DNA of 64,000 nucleotides from the human T2T-CHM13v2.0 reference genome, Homo sapiens. The position numbers and the translations under genes were made by a program. The stretch is from the NCBI RefSeq assembly GCF_009914755.1, contig NC_060935.1; one strand, 5' to 3'. Positions 39,620-54,864 of this stretch are shown here, one piece after another (position 1 is the stretch's first letter; every line of letters begins with the position of its first letter). Below the pieces are notes generated by a model. It saw only the letters and a list, made by a program, of their open reading frames with translations, did not search any database and had not been told where the DNA came from.

Positions 39620-41199
39620 CCCTCTCTGTCTAAAATGACTGACCCCATTCTTTTTTCTACTCATGCTTGCAAGGCCTTCCCCAAGAAACTTTTCGGACTG
39701 CTCTCCTAACCCTTTGTCCCCATTTCTGGATTAGATGCCAGTTTTTACAGAAGTATTCTGGGAATGCCAGCTGCCAATTATCTGGAAGCTGACTCTGTGG
39801 GAAGCTGAGTTCAAGGTTACACCCCACCTAGATTAAGTGAGAAAGCCCCATGTACTGGCTTCTGTTTTTCCAGGAAACCCAGAGATAAAGATATTCATAG
39901 TGAAATTTGAATAATTCTTCTGTTGCACTACTATACTTAACTGATTGTAAAGTGTACAAATCAATGTGTAAATTAGATTCTGAATGAGTGAGCTCGGAGT
40001 ACATTTTTACCAGGAAGTACTATGCATTGGGTAAGATACAGTGAATAAAATGTATTAGACAACTTCAACTCAATAATATAAAAACACAAATTGCATTTTA
40101 TTCCCTTTATACTCGTTCTAGTTGTTACATTTCCTGAATGTTCAATGCCAAACTCTTTACCATAGTCTTGTCTTAATTTAAAGTTTTGAATTCTTGTTTC
40201 TTTCATGCTTCCTGGGTTTCAATCCATATTTCAAAGGGAATGCTACCAATTCCAAGAATGCATCATGGTTCTTCACAGCTCATGCAGTTCCTTCTCCCTG
40301 GACTTTCCTTAACCCCTCTTCTTTAACTTGAAGACTCCGCCTTCAAGACTCAGCTTAAAGTTCAACGTCTTGAAGCCTTTACTTCTTCCTCTGAGCTCCA
40401 CAATACTTAGCAATAGAAACTTCTGCTAAAGTATCACTGTAGCGATTGCACTTTTTTCCCCTTTTCTTAGATTTCAAGGTATCCCTCCGTCCTACCACAC
40501 CGTTCAGATTTGAGTGATAATTAACAGAAACAATCCATCTGTATGTAAAAGAAAGAATGGAATGCTTCTTTATGACCAACTATAAAGCAGATACATTCAA
40601 TATTTTAAAATATTTGCAGATATGGAAATACAGTGTTGTAGTGTGGAATTTCACATTTTAAAATATAATACATTCATGCTAGGTAGCTTTATTTCAGATA
40701 TTAAGCAGAGAACATCCAACTTAAGATATCTTGGCATAAATCTTATAAAACCTTACTGTAAAAACTAAATGCACATATGAGCATGTATTTGTTCAGTTGT
40801 TTGTATTACAACCTTCTGATAACTAAATAGAAATGCTTGCATGTGCCCAATCACAGAGATAGAAGTAATTGTTATGTGGAGTCAAGACAGATTAGAATAA
40901 GATTCAGTCATAGGAAAATACTTTTGTACTTTCAGTGCTGTCAACTGAACTAAGGGCAAATGTCTTCATTCTGATGGGAGGACTCATGAAGGGTAATAAA
41001 CAAACTCTGCTCTTTTCATGCAGCTGAGTCTTAAGAAAGGATTCTCAGCCTCGAAAGCAGATTAAAAACTTGAGTGAGGGGAAGGAAAGAAAAAATGGAG
41101 AGAGACAGAGTAGCTAGAAACAGATAGATAAAGTAAATGTAATGCCATTGCCAGACACTGTAATTGGTTCCTAAAAACTGGACAGACAAGTTGGGGTAG

Positions 41200-41400
41200 T
41201 AGCAAAGGCAGTGGCTTAAATCATGGCTCTGTCCCTTAGTAACCATGTGACCTTAAATTAAGCTACCTCAACTTCTGATTACTCATGCATGCGCAAAATT
41301 AGATTGATAATATCTCTTTTGTGGTGGCTTTGAGGATTAAAGGAAATACTACATGTAAAGTGATTTAAAAAATTGACATTTCAATAAATATCATATTTTT
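41200..41400 (+). mobile_element. MIR fragment
   Basis: Core tggctctgtcccttagtaaccatgtgacctt...tgaggattaaa. Confidence 0.6.
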
Positions 41401-41489
41401 TGTTATTGTTATTTTTAATGAGACTGATTCCACAATTCACTTGCTAAAATCTCTCTTCTGGATTCCTGTTTTGGTCAAAAGGAAATCTA

Positions 41490-41950
41490 AACTCACACTG
41501 GGTGCTCTGGCCTCCTCATAGGCCACCTCTCCTGTAATCTCTCTATCCTTACGTTCTCCTAGACTACCGTGTGTCACACTGACTTACTTTCAGACCCTCT
41601 AACAGCATATTTCAGAACCTTGTAATTTTTATCTGATAGGGACATTCTCCAGTAAAGTCTACATATAGATAACTTCTCCTAGTTCTCAGGTCTTTTATTG
41701 AATGTTACCTCCACAAAGGGCCTTTGCTGGCCACACACTAAAGTGGTATCTGCCCTGGTAAACACATATTTACTCATCATTCATTATGCTTGCAATATGA
41801 TACTTTCTATCTTGGTACTTTCAAGCTTTAACTACATTTGTTTGTTTACTTGCATATTCTCTGCCTCCTAGCTACATTTTAATCACCTTGATAACAGAGA
41901 ACACGTTTCTTTCCTTAGGTGCTCAAGAAATATTTGTTGCATGCAGTTAG
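41490..41950 (+). mobile_element. L2 3' fragment
   Basis: aatgttacctcc...tgtttgtttacttg..taggtgctcaagaaatatttgttg, matching the L2 terminus. Confidence 0.6.
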
Positions 41951-42721
41951 GAGGAAGAGACATGAAGAACAGTCTCAGTTAGGTAGTTACATCCTACTCC
42001 TTTTTTCGAAGACCTGCTGAGAAAGACCTTAGACTTGCAATAGGAACTTTGGGAAATCAGAGCAAAGACAACCAGCATCATATTATCTTACTAGAGAGAA
42101 AGAAAAATTGAATGAAGAACTGTGTGACATATATACAAAGGAAAGGTAATGGCAAATAAAGTACACCAGAGAGCATCAATTCAAGGAAAATATTTTTACA
42201 GAACTTTGATAAGACATCTGCCAATTTAATAGTAAAGACAGAATGAAATTTGTAACAGAACTCTATGCTGTTTGCAAATGCTGTCAGCTCTTAAGGAGAA
42301 CTAGCTACCTTGAGTGGACATGTAATTATTTTAGGCAAGATCTCAATCTTCTCTCATGCATTGTTGGTGGGAATAAAAAGATTACAATCCTTTCAAAACT
42401 ATTATTTAGTGAAAGACACAAAATGCATGTACCATTTCACCTAATAATTCTACCCCTGGGGTTCTATCCTTACATAATAGTACAAAATACAAAATGAGCT
42501 CTGTGCACAAATATGTTTTCTATAAGGTTATTTATAGCAATGAAATAGAATAATCATCGTAAATGCATTCACAGTTACTATCACGTAGTAAATAAAATTC
42601 ATTTCCAGTGAGTTTATGTTATAGGAAATGCATATATTTTAGTGAAAACAGATTAATTTAAATATTTACAATAATAACTTATCTCTCCTATTTTGAATTT
42701 TTAAAAATAAAAATATATTAC

Positions 42722-43352
42722 TGTATCAGGGTTCAACTACAGAAGTAACACCAGTAGTATGTGTGTATGTGTGAGTGTGCATGGCATAAACCAATTCTTT
42801 TTATTAAGTATGTTTGATATGATCCATCAGTTTATGTAATTTTACTAGCTAGCTAAGCAAGCCTGAAGTTCACATAAAAGGAAGAGTAAAGAGAAGATTA
42901 TGAACAGGTTATAATCCCTATGGCATGGGTTGAAGCTTGTTGTCCACAAAAGGCAGTCAGGAAGAGGATTCATAAGGAAGGAAGAGCAATTGCAGATCCA
43001 TCTGCTGTTTGGAGCTTCTCAGCTGAGGGAAGGCTGAAATGCTCTTCAAAAGGGCTGCCAACTGATTGAATCAGGCCCACTCAAGATAGTCTTCATTTTG
43101 ATTAACTTGAGGTACATCAATTATGGGTTTTAATTATATCTGCAAAATCCCTTCACAGCCATACCTAACAATGTTTGACTGAATACCTAGAGAAGGTGTG
43201 TGTTGGCTGCAAATGCCTGCTGCCTGCCTTCCACCCTCCAAATTTCTTGAGAAAATATCCTTGTAGCTAACCCTAACTAGAAACATGCTAGAAAAGGAAC
43301 TTGGGGACTGTAACTCAGACCAGCCTAGTTGACACATTACAAAGCCTTCACA
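42722..43352 (-). mobile_element. Old MLT2 (D/E/F-type) ERVL LTR
   Basis: tgtatcagggttc...actgattgaatcaggcccac..taattatatctgcaaaatcccttcacagc...gttgacacattacaaagccttcaca. Confidence 0.7.
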
Positions 43353-43529
43353 GTTGCTTTTATAAACAGAAAAGGAAAAATAATTATTAAATATTATTAC
43401 CTGTAACAGTGATAGAAGTAAAAAAAAAAAAAGACTACTTATTGAGACCTGCTATGTGGCAGTTACTTGACATGTATGATGCAATTTACCTAATATTGTA
43501 AAATATTCTTAATTATTTTGTTGGACTCG

Positions 43530-43660
43530 ATTTTTTTATTTGTATATAGTTATGGGGTAAAAGTGAATTTTGTTACATGCATAGATTGTGTAGTGGTGAA
43601 ATCAGGGATTTCAGGGTATCCATCACCCGAAACATACATTGTACCTATTAAATAATTTCT
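43530..43660 (-). mobile_element. L1PB4/L1MA1-like 3' terminal fragment
   Basis: ttttgttacatgcatagattgtgtagtggtgaa..ggtatccatcacccgaa..tacattgtacc. Confidence 0.75.
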
Positions 43661-45299
43661 TAACTTGACTGAAACTTACACAAGAGAGGAACTTGGTTCT
43701 CTGGTCAGTGTTATATTTCCTGCCTGGAAAAGGACCTGTTACAGAATAAATACTTGGTAAATAAATAAATAAGCAAAACCAACAAACAAATAAATGTTCA
43801 CATCAAGACTATGAACTAAATACTGTTATCCTTTACAAGTAAGAAAATAGAAATTCAAATAACCTTCCCCAGAAATAAAACAAGTAGATATTTAAACAAG
43901 TGTTACATCCTTAAGACATTTGGTTTCAAAATCCGAGTACAATACTACTATATTTTCCAAATAAATGTGTTTATTAGCAGTAAATTAATTATAAAGACTA
44001 CATTATTTTAATAAATATGTTGTGTAAATTAAAAATCATAATCAGTAGCTGCACTGGTTGTATCTGAAATAAGGTGAGGGGGAAGGAGGGAGGAAGGCAT
44101 GAGTGTGATGAGGATGCCTGCTTCCATGGAGGCGAGGCTGGGAGGCAGAGATCATGGGCTGTGGCAGGTGAGGTCAGTGAGAGGCCATTTAGTCTGGAAG
44201 TAGTCCCCTCAGGCAAAGCCAGGTTTTAAGATGGACAAGATCAATATGAAAATCAAATGCATTATCTTTGTTTACATCCTAGGTACTGGAGTGTGGAGTC
44301 TTTGGCAAGCAAGGGAGCAGGATTGCAAGTGATGGATGTACCACTTAAATGATGCTTTGCAAAGCCTTCATCATGTTCTGGCAGAAGAGTCACAAGAGAA
44401 TAAATGACTTTCTTTTAAATTCCAAGAGCAGGAAGGAGGAGACAGACAGTGTGAATGTCACAGTCCCCATTCAATTGATTTCTTAGTCATCAATGCTAAA
44501 GAGCAATCTCCAGAGGAAAGAGAAGCTCAAATACACAGACCCATGGAAGTTTGAGTTATCTTTAACGAAATCTAAAGAATTTCATTGTTTTTATTTATTT
44601 GGGAAGAAAATTATTTACACATCATTAAAAAATGTAAAAAAAGAAAACTGCGAAAAGATGGAAAATAGAGAAGAGTAAATAATCATTATGTTTTCCACCA
44701 CTCATACAGTTTTACTTTTCAAGTTTCTCTTTCTAATTTAATAGAGCTGAGTTTCAGGATTAAAGTTACAAAGTGGCGAGAATACTCATAAATCATTTAG
44801 TTAAGTTTCCCATTAATAAAATCAAATATGTTAAATAGTAAATTAATAAATTACTAAATATAATTATAAATTATTTGGAATTTGCAGTTATTATTCACTT
44901 GCTCATTGTAAACTCTTCTATAAAAGAAGTGTGTTTTTCTAATGTATATTGGATTCACTTATTGACTACAAAGTTTATAGGAACATAAAAGATGTGTGAG
45001 AGCAACAGCAACATTTGAACCAAAATACAAAAAAAAATTAGTGATTTTTAACAATATGAAATAAAGGTAGTTACATCATATATCTAGGGTAAACTAGAAT
45101 TCAAGTTACAAAAATATTAAAATACACCTTATCAGGAACACATTCTGTCTATAAAATAAGCAATGCCTTCCTCTGAGAATTAACTATTCATTTGAAGGAG
45201 GGTAACCCCTGGATAGGGACCGGATGAAGTAATTACACTAACTAGGGAAAGTCAGTTACTTGAAATAGCACTTCTTCTCTTCTGGGTTTTAATCTTTAA

Positions 45300-45910
45300 T
45301 ACATTCACTCATCTCTCCAAATATTTCAGCTTTTATTGAACATCCATTCTAACCTAGGTCCTGTCTTGGATTTGGAAATCCATTAATTAAAAGTTCAGAC
45401 TTCTGGTTTTCAGGAGGTCAACTGGAGAAATGCCAAGTAATAAGGAATCTCAATTCTCCATAAATAACTAATGCAATAAAATAACTGATGATGTGGTTCT
45501 GGGGACCCATAGGAGAGACACCTCAACTCTTCTCAAGATTTTATATATATATAATATATATATTTTTTCAAAAAAGGTGATGTTTAAGCTGAGGCTTGAA
45601 CACAGCAGAAGGTATGAGCAAGACGAAGAGGTAGAGGTGGGGGTGGAAAAGAGGAAACAGCAAACACAAGGCTTGCACTCAGAAGGGCATGGCTCACTAT
45701 GGGAAATTAAAAATAGTTTACAGTGATTAGAGCATATAGATAAGGAGGAAATTGGTTTTAAGTGAGGCTGAAGAGATAAGCAGGGACCAGATTATAAAGA
45801 AATTTGTAATTCAAGGTAAGCCATTTTGTTTTTATCCCAAGAGCAATGGGAAAACCACTGAATTGCTTTAATCAAGGGAGTTCGATCTCTCGATTCCGGA
45901 AGATTCACAG
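45300..45910 (-). mobile_element. L2 fragment
   Basis: ggtgatgtttaagctgaggcttgaa...gcagggaccagatt..ttttatcccaagagcaatgggaaaaccactg. Confidence 0.65.
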
Positions 45911-46402
45911 TGTCAGTCCATCAGCTTAGGTATCATCAGGATGGAAGAAAGGGGATGGGACGCTTTCCCAAATATACTCATCCTCCACCCTGCCCCTAGC
46001 GTTTTCCTGAGGGAACCTGCATAAAGCTGAAGTGAGCTCCGATTCACCACATAGGGGAAGCCCAAGGCAGTGTTTGCTAAGAAGCCTCCAGAATATACTC
46101 CCACTTTAAGAGTACACAATTCCAGATGTAGCATGAGCCTGGCAAAAGAAAATTATAGCCATGTATCAGTGTCCTATGGTTTTAGTAAAGACAGTTATAA
46201 CACCTCTACCCAACTGGCTGTGGAATTCTAATCCAACATACTCCAATTTTGAAAACGGGAACTAAAAAGATTGGACATCATCAGAACAATTGTCTGTATT
46301 TATATTGCATTAGGACTCTACTCAGCCATGTGTAAAGCCACATTCTCTTAACAGTACCTCTGTTATGTGATGTCTATATTGAGATGGCTGTGCAAGACCT
46401 AA

Positions 46403-46829
<427 letters not shown>

Positions 46830-47030
46830 GAGCTTCACTTTTAAACTAAATGTTCCTTGTCACTTACAATAGCTGCCCTTTTATATCCCTTTCCTCAATT
46901 GATACTGCCTAAGCCATCCTTCCTCTTTACATCTGTTTAGACTCTACTAGAGTTCATTCCACTCTGCATTAGAAGCATAATCTCTTTTGATATTTCCCAC
47001 CCGCAATGGACCCCAAGCTACTAAAGGGCA

Positions 47031-47151
47031 AAGAACAGCATAGGGAAAATCGCCCCCATAATCCAATCACCTGCCACCAGGTTCCTCCCTCAACACTTGG
47101 GGATTACAATTTAAGATGAGATTTGGTGGCACACAGAGCCAAACCATATCA
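47031..47151 (-). mobile_element. THE1/MST LTR 5' fragment
   Basis: agaacagcat..cccccataatccaatcacct..ggggattacaattt..gagatttgg..acacagagccaaaccatatc. Confidence 0.8.
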
Positions 47152-47361
47152 CCACCCAAAAGGGTAGGGGTGAAAGACTGAAAGAAGCAATCATTTTGGG
47201 TTGCTGGTAATTTTCTACTTCTTTATCTGTGGGCTTGGTATATGGGTATGTTTCCTTTATGAAAATTCATTGAGCTATACATTCTTAATTTGTACATTTT
47301 CAGTTTATATGTTTAACTTTGACAAGATTTTATAAAAGAAGGTGAAGTTAAAATGTTTTCA

Positions 47362-47712
<351 letters not shown>

Positions 47713-49539
47713 CTATTTTTAGACTGAACAATCCATATAATTAACAAATAATAAGTACTTAATAAACTCTCTCTAAAGATCCAAAGATATACTCATAGAA
47801 GTCACACCTATGTCACCAAGAGTTTCATTCCAGTTAGTCTTTTTCTAAGGAAAAAGCATACAAATATGAGCGAGGACATTTATTTATTTCTACTTGGTTC
47901 ATTTAATTTACAACAGTTTCTTAAATATTATTTCTTTTAAGATGGCACTTGAATTGATTGTTTTTATAAAGTTGCTGGGATTCATCTTCAAAATCAGCAA
48001 ACAATTACGAGCATCGATAATGTGCTAAGGATTTTTCTAAATGCTCAATTCGATTCTAATAGAAAAATTTTAAAATGTTATTTCTTATCCTTTCAGAATG
48101 AGAAAATGGAATCCAGTGGCATTTAAGTGACTCACTCTTAAATTCAAGTCCTCCAATTCTAGTAACAGTGACTATACTTCTACTTAAAAAAAAAAAATGG
48201 GAGTGGGAGTGTTCGTAGAAGACATTCATATATCTGCTTCAGCTGGTTTTTGTGTCAGTATTTTTTTTTTCAGGGCACAAAAGAAGGGCTTGTGACCTTT
48301 TGCATTGGTTCGCAAGGCATTCTTGGGCTGATAACATCCGAAGTAGCTTGCCTAAATTGCCACGAGAGCTGTTGAGACCTCTTTTGGGTTCAGAAAAGGA
48401 CGTACGAGACATTCTTGACAGCAACCCAGCAACAATCTTTATTGCTTTTTTTTTGTTGTTGTTGTTAAAATATGTACTCTGTAACATGGCAAAGAGGACA
48501 ATTTAGAGCCTAACCTAATTATATTTTTCCCTCCAGCACTACATCTCAAATGAAACATTATTGGGACATCTGTGGATCTATATACTGTGGTACAGAGATT
48601 TGTGAACAGTTATGCAAAGTTGACAGTAGGTATAGGGTTTATGTAAACAGGGAGCATAATGTGTTAGAAGAAGCATACATTTAGAAAAAAATATAATTAA
48701 AGAAATATTATTTAGGGAGTTTTTACCAAGTGTCAGGTACTTAACATACATTATCTTATTTCCACACTATGTTAAGTATCTCAACCTCAAATTATGGCAG
48801 CTAATCTTGAGTCAAAAATGTCACCAATCCATGGAATTAAGCCATTCATATCAAGTCAAACTATTTCAAAAAGATTCTTCTGGCATGTCATTTTTCATAT
48901 GAAATCTTCCCCAATGACAATTTTTTTCAATCATTCTTCTTACATTCCTTTCCTATGAAGGGACCCTGTAACTAGCTTAAGCCTGGGAAATATTTGATGA
49001 CTGAGAGAACATTCTGGCTTATACAAAAAGAAGATTCTCTCTTCCTTCACTCAACCACTTTCCCTTCTTTTTTTTTTTTCCTGAATTAGAGCTGGCTGTT
49101 TCCACCTTTCTCAAATCTGAGTCACAGATTGTTCAGCCTTGGCTTACTGCTTTATTCATTATACATTATAACTACCCTGTTCTAATTAGGAAGGCCATCC
49201 AGAAGTTATACATTTCAGAAAACAGAACATCTAATTTACTGTGAGCTCTTCCTCACACCTCAGTCCAACTCTTCTTGTTACTTCCTATGTTTATCTATTA
49301 GCATTGACACTAATGGGTCCTTCTTATTCTAGCTGGAATATTTATTTCTTTCAGCCTCAATAATAGTTTTCTGTATTTATTTTTCTATTAAACACATATA
49401 CAGAGAATACATTTCTCTACTGTTAGTAAAAGTCTACTTAGCAACAACCAAACAATAGTGAAGCTTGACAGAAAACTACAAACTAAATTTTATATTTCCC
49501 ACTTAATATGTATGGTAACTAAATATGGGGAAGGTAAGC

Positions 49540-52500
49540 ACCACCAACATCCCCACCCAAACACACCACCTAGAAACATGAGAACTGGTCTGCCCAGCCC
49601 ACTGAAGATACCACTGACATTAACAAGTACCAAATGGGAGCCTGAGAATTATCCTGCCACCACTACTACTATCACCTATGCCAAACACACTGTGAAGGGG
49701 TCTGAGGACCTGCCCAACTGTCTGGTTCACCACTGCCACTGCTAGTACTCAGCCAACCTGCCTGGAGGCCCAATAATTGGCCTACTTGGACCTGCTAACA
49801 CTGGTGCTTACATATGTCACCCAGTGACCCAAAGTTAGCCATGCTCAGCCTGCCATTGCCATCACAGGGGGCTGTAAACTGGCCCACCTTGCATCCCCAT
49901 ACTCAGAAAAACCTCTCTGCAGCTTCCAATAGTAAAATAATTCAAGCCACTGAGGAAATTACAGATACCACTGATGCTGTTAACAGACAAAGAAATCATA
50001 TGATGACATTGCTGGATTCATCCAGAATCCAAACTAAAGTACCCTTGCCACCTATCTCCATAGACACATCCTCAGGAAAAACCTTCCTGTACAAAAGTTA
50101 ATACAAAAATTGAAAGGAGTAACTGTTATACCAGATATGCAAATATTAATGTAAGGTCACCAGAAACATAAAAAAGCAAAAAAAAAAAAAAAAAAAGAAC
50201 CCTCCCACCAAAAAAAAAAAAATCACAGTAAATCTCAAGCAACAGTTCCAATCAAAGGAAATTTATAAAATTTCAGAAAAATAATTCAAAAAGTGCTTAA
50301 GAATTCAATGAGATACAAGATAATACTAAAAAATAACACAAATCAGAAAAATAATTCAGGATATGAATAAGAAATTCACAAAATAGATATTATAAAAAAT
50401 AAACACTGAAACTAAATAATTTATTGAATAAAGTAGAAAAAAAAAATAAACTGCTTCCTATACTAACCAAGAGAAAAAGAGAGAATATTCAAAGAAACAA
50501 AATCAGAAACAAAAAAGGAGACATGACAACTGATACAACAAGAATTTTAAAAAGATCATCAGAGACGATGATGAGCCACTATACAATAACAAACTAAAAG
50601 AAATAAAGAATACAGGCAAATTTCTAGACACATACAACCTACTGAGATGGAATGAGGGAGAAACAGAAAACTTGAAAGTATCAATTGTGAGTGATGAGAT
50701 TATCACTGCAATAAAAAGTTTTTAAACGAAGAAAAGTTCAAGCTGCATAGCTTCACTTCCAGATTCTACCAAACCTTTGAAGAGCTAATACTAATTATCT
50801 TCAAACTATTCCAAAAAATGAAGAATAGAGAATTATCCTTAAATCATTCTGTGAAGCCCCATTACCCTGATAACCAAAACCAGACAAAAACATAACAATA
50901 AAAAGAAACAACAGGACCAAATCCCTGAGGAATATAGAAGTAAAAATCCTTAACAAAATATTAGTAAACTGAATCCAGCACCACCTCAAAAAGATAATAC
51001 GTCAAGAGCAAGCAGGATTTATCCCAGGAATTCAAGGATGGTTCAACATATGCAAATTAATGAATGCAATATATCACATCAACAGAATAAAAGACAATAA
51101 CCATATGATTATCTCAATGGATGCAGACAAAGCATTTGATAAAACACAACATTCCTTTATGAGAAAAACTCTCAACAAACTATACGTAGCAAGAACATAC
51201 CCCAAGATAATAAAGACCATATACAACAAATACACAAAGAACATCATACTGAATGAAGAAAAGTTGAAAGTTTTTCCTGTAAGAACTGAAGCAAGACAAT
51301 GATATCTACTTTCAGCATTCCTATTCAACATAGTACCAGAAGTTCTATTCAGAGCAATCAGAAAAGTGAAAGACATAAAAGGCATCAAACTGGCAAAGAA
51401 GAAGTTGAGTTGTCCCTTTTTGCTGATGATATGCTCATATCCAGAAAAAACTGAAAGACTCCAGCAAAAAAAAACTCTTAGTCCTGGTAAATAAATTCAG
51501 TAAAGTGGCAAGATACAAAATAAATATACAAAAATCTGTAGCATTTCTATTCATCAGTAAAACAACTGAGAAAGAAATTAAGAAGGCAGTCCCATTCACA
51601 ATAGCTACAAAAAATACCCAGGAATTTTAAGCAAGGAGGTGAAAGGCCTCTACAAGGAAATATACAAAACACTAATGAAAGGAATTGAAGAGGATACAAA
51701 TGAGTGGAAAGAATTAATCCTTTGCTTAGGAAAAGAAAGAATTAATATTGTTAAAATAATCATACTGCCCAAAGCAATATACAGATTCAATGCAATTCCT
51801 ATAAAAATACCACTTTTTTATAGAAATAGAAAAAAAATCATAAATTTTATATGAAATAAAAATGAGCCCAAATAGACAAAGTAATCGTGAGTAAAAGGAA
51901 CAAAGCCAGAGGCATCACATTACCTGCTTCAAATTATACTACAAGGCTGTAGTAACCAAAACAGCATAATATTGGCATAAAAACAGAAACACAGACTAAT
52001 AGCATGGACTATAGAACCCCCCAAAACATCCACATACTTACAGACAACTGATTTTTTTGAGAAAGGCATCAAGAACATACAATGAAAAAAGGACATCATC
52101 TTCAATAGCTAGTGCTGTAAAATTAGATATCAACTTGCAGAAGAATGAAACTGGATTTTTATCTCTCACTATATGCAACACTCAACTCAAGATAGATTAA
52201 AGACTTAAACATAATACCAAAAGTTGTAAAGCTACTGGAAGAAATTATAGGGAAACTCTTCAGGACATTGGTGTATGCAAATAATTTATGGCTAAGACTT
52301 CTAAAACACAGACAACAAAAACATAAATAGACAAATAGTACTGTTTTAAACTAAAAACCTTCTGCACAGCAAAGGAAACAATCACCAGAGTAAAAATACA
52401 ACCTGCTGAACGGGAGATAATATTTACAATCTAGCCATCCAAAAAGGGACTAATAACCAGAATATACAAAGAACTAATAAAACTAGCTCAACAATTAAAA

Positions 52501-53885
52501 AACACAAATAATTCCATTAAAAAGTGGGCAAAGGAAATAAACACACATTTCTCAAAAAAGACATACAAAAGGCCAACAGATATATGAAAAATGCTTAACA
52601 TCATAACCATCAGGAAACACAAATTAAAACCACAACAAGGTATCATTTTACCCCAGTTAGAATGGCTTGGCTATTACTAAAAAGATGAAAAATAACAGAT
52701 GCTGGCAAGGATGCAGAGAAAAAAGAACCCATACACTGCTGGTGGAAATTTAAATTAATGTAGTCACTATGGAAAACAGTAAGGAGATTTCTCAAAAAAC
52801 TTAAATTAGAACTACAATATGATCCAGTATTCCCACTACTGGATATTTATCCAAAGGAAAATAAATCAGTATATTAAAGAGATACCTGCACTCACATATT
52901 TATTGCAGCACTGTTCAAAAGAGCAAATACATGAAGTCAACCTAAGCATCCATTAGTGAATGAATGAACAAAGAAAATGTGGTATATATACACAGTGGAA
53001 TACTATTTGGCCATAAAAAAGAATAAAGTCATGTCACTTGCAGCAACATGTTTAGAACTGGAGGTCATTACGTTCAGTGAAATAAAACCAACACAAAAAG
53101 ACAAATATCTCATGTCCTCACTCATATGTAGGAGGTAAAATAGTTGATCTCATAAAGGTGGAAAGCAGAATGATACACACTAGAGGATGGAAAGTATATG
53201 TCAGTGGCAAGGGTGAATGAAGAGAGGTAGCTTTATGGGTAAAAACATAAGTTATATAAAAGGTGTAAGTTTTATTGTTAAACAGCAGAGTAGAATGACT
53301 GCAAGTAGTTAACAACAATATATTGTATATATGAAAGTAGCTAGAGGAGAGGAGTTGATTTATTCTCAACACATAGAAATGATAAACACTGAAAGTGATA
53401 GTGATAGGATTTGGCTGTGTCCCTACCAAAATCTCATCTTGAATTTTAGTTCTCTTAATCCCCATGTGTCCTGGGAGGGACCTGGTGCGAGGCAATTGAA
53501 TCATGGGGGTGGTTACGCCCCCATGCTGTTCTCGTGATTGGGAGGGAATTCTCATGAGAGCTGATGATTTTATAAGGGGCTTTTCCCTGCTTTGGTTAGC
53601 ATTTCTCCTTCCTGCCACCATATGAAGAAGGACATGTTTTCTTCTCCTACCACCATGATTGTTAAGTTTCCTGAGGTTTCCACAGCCCTGTGGAACAGTG
53701 GGTCAATTAAACCTCTTTCCTTTATAAACTACCCAGTCTCTGATATGTCCTTATAGTAGCATGAGAATGGACTAATACAGATGAATATCTCAAATACCTT
53801 GACTTAACCATTACATATTCCATGTGTGTAACTATCACATGTACCCTCATAAATGTGTTAAACATAATGTATCAATAAAAATTTT
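49540..53885 (+). mobile_element. L1MA (MA2-3-like) element with 5' region, large ORF1/EN deletion, ORF2 relic and 3' end
   Basis: L1M-type 5' repeats at ~49.5-50.1 kb; ORF2 relics [28 protein letters not shown] (~51420) and [16 protein letters not shown]; L1MA 3'UTR interrupted by THE1. Confidence 0.88.
53402..53779 (+). mobile_element. THE1C-like solo LTR inside the L1MA 3'UTR
   Basis: tgataggatttggctgtgtccc...gagaatggactaataca. Flanks gatag / gatga are each one change from the L1 sequence gatgg. Confidence 0.92.
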
Positions 53886-54864
53886 TTTTAAAATGGAGAA
53901 ATTAAGCAAACTGATTAAAGTTACACAATTAGTAAATAGCAGACTTGTGATTCAAACTCAGGTCTCTATAAAGAATCCAAAATCTGGGATTTCTAACCTG
54001 TGACTTTACTGATAAAGAAGCCCTGCCATTGTATCTAGACTAAGCCTTCTTATTTGTTTTGCTAAGCTTCAATTTCCTCATGTTAAAATTGAACATCTTA
54101 ACATTTTCTTTAAACAATTTACTTTATGGTTATTAAAATTAAAGACTTGTATGTTTTATGATGGCTTAATAGGTAAAACAATATTCAAATATTATCTAAT
54201 ATCATTATTCTAACTATGTGAACACTCTACTCTATGGGTTAATTCTTGTTTTTTTTTCCAGGTTTTCTTTGTAAACTATCCCAGAGTTTCTGTGCTAAAA
54301 GTCTGGACCATCAGATAAATTTCCAGTGACAAGCATTTAAAACATATGAAAAGGAGTAACTAGACTTAGAGTCCGTCGGGATTTTGTAATTTTTTTATTC
54401 TCCTAAAGGATTTTTCCTCAGTTCTGTCATGTTAAATGATGAATAGATGGCTGATTAGTTGATATGATTTTCTTCTAAAAACTCCTTTAAAAATGAGATC
54501 CCAAAAAATCAATCCCTGAATATTTGTCAGTTATGTATAATATCAAGCAGTGGGTAGCTAGAGTAATTGAAGAAATTATGATTGCTTTCTGTGTCTGTTA
54601 GTAATCCATGCTAGACACCTTGGAGTTGAAAGAGGCTGAATCTGAAATTATCAGCAATGGCCTTTTGTGAATGAAAGAAATTTTGTTTTCTCTACACCTT
54701 GTTTCGTATTTTGTCATATTTATGCGTGGTATAATAAGTTATAATATTTTAATGTTTTACTGAAATAAAAAAACACACAGAAGTACAGAAAATACATATC
54801 AGAAAATCATTTTAAAATGGGCGTTTGCATTTATTTTGTAAAAAATTTAATATTACTCTCTAAT

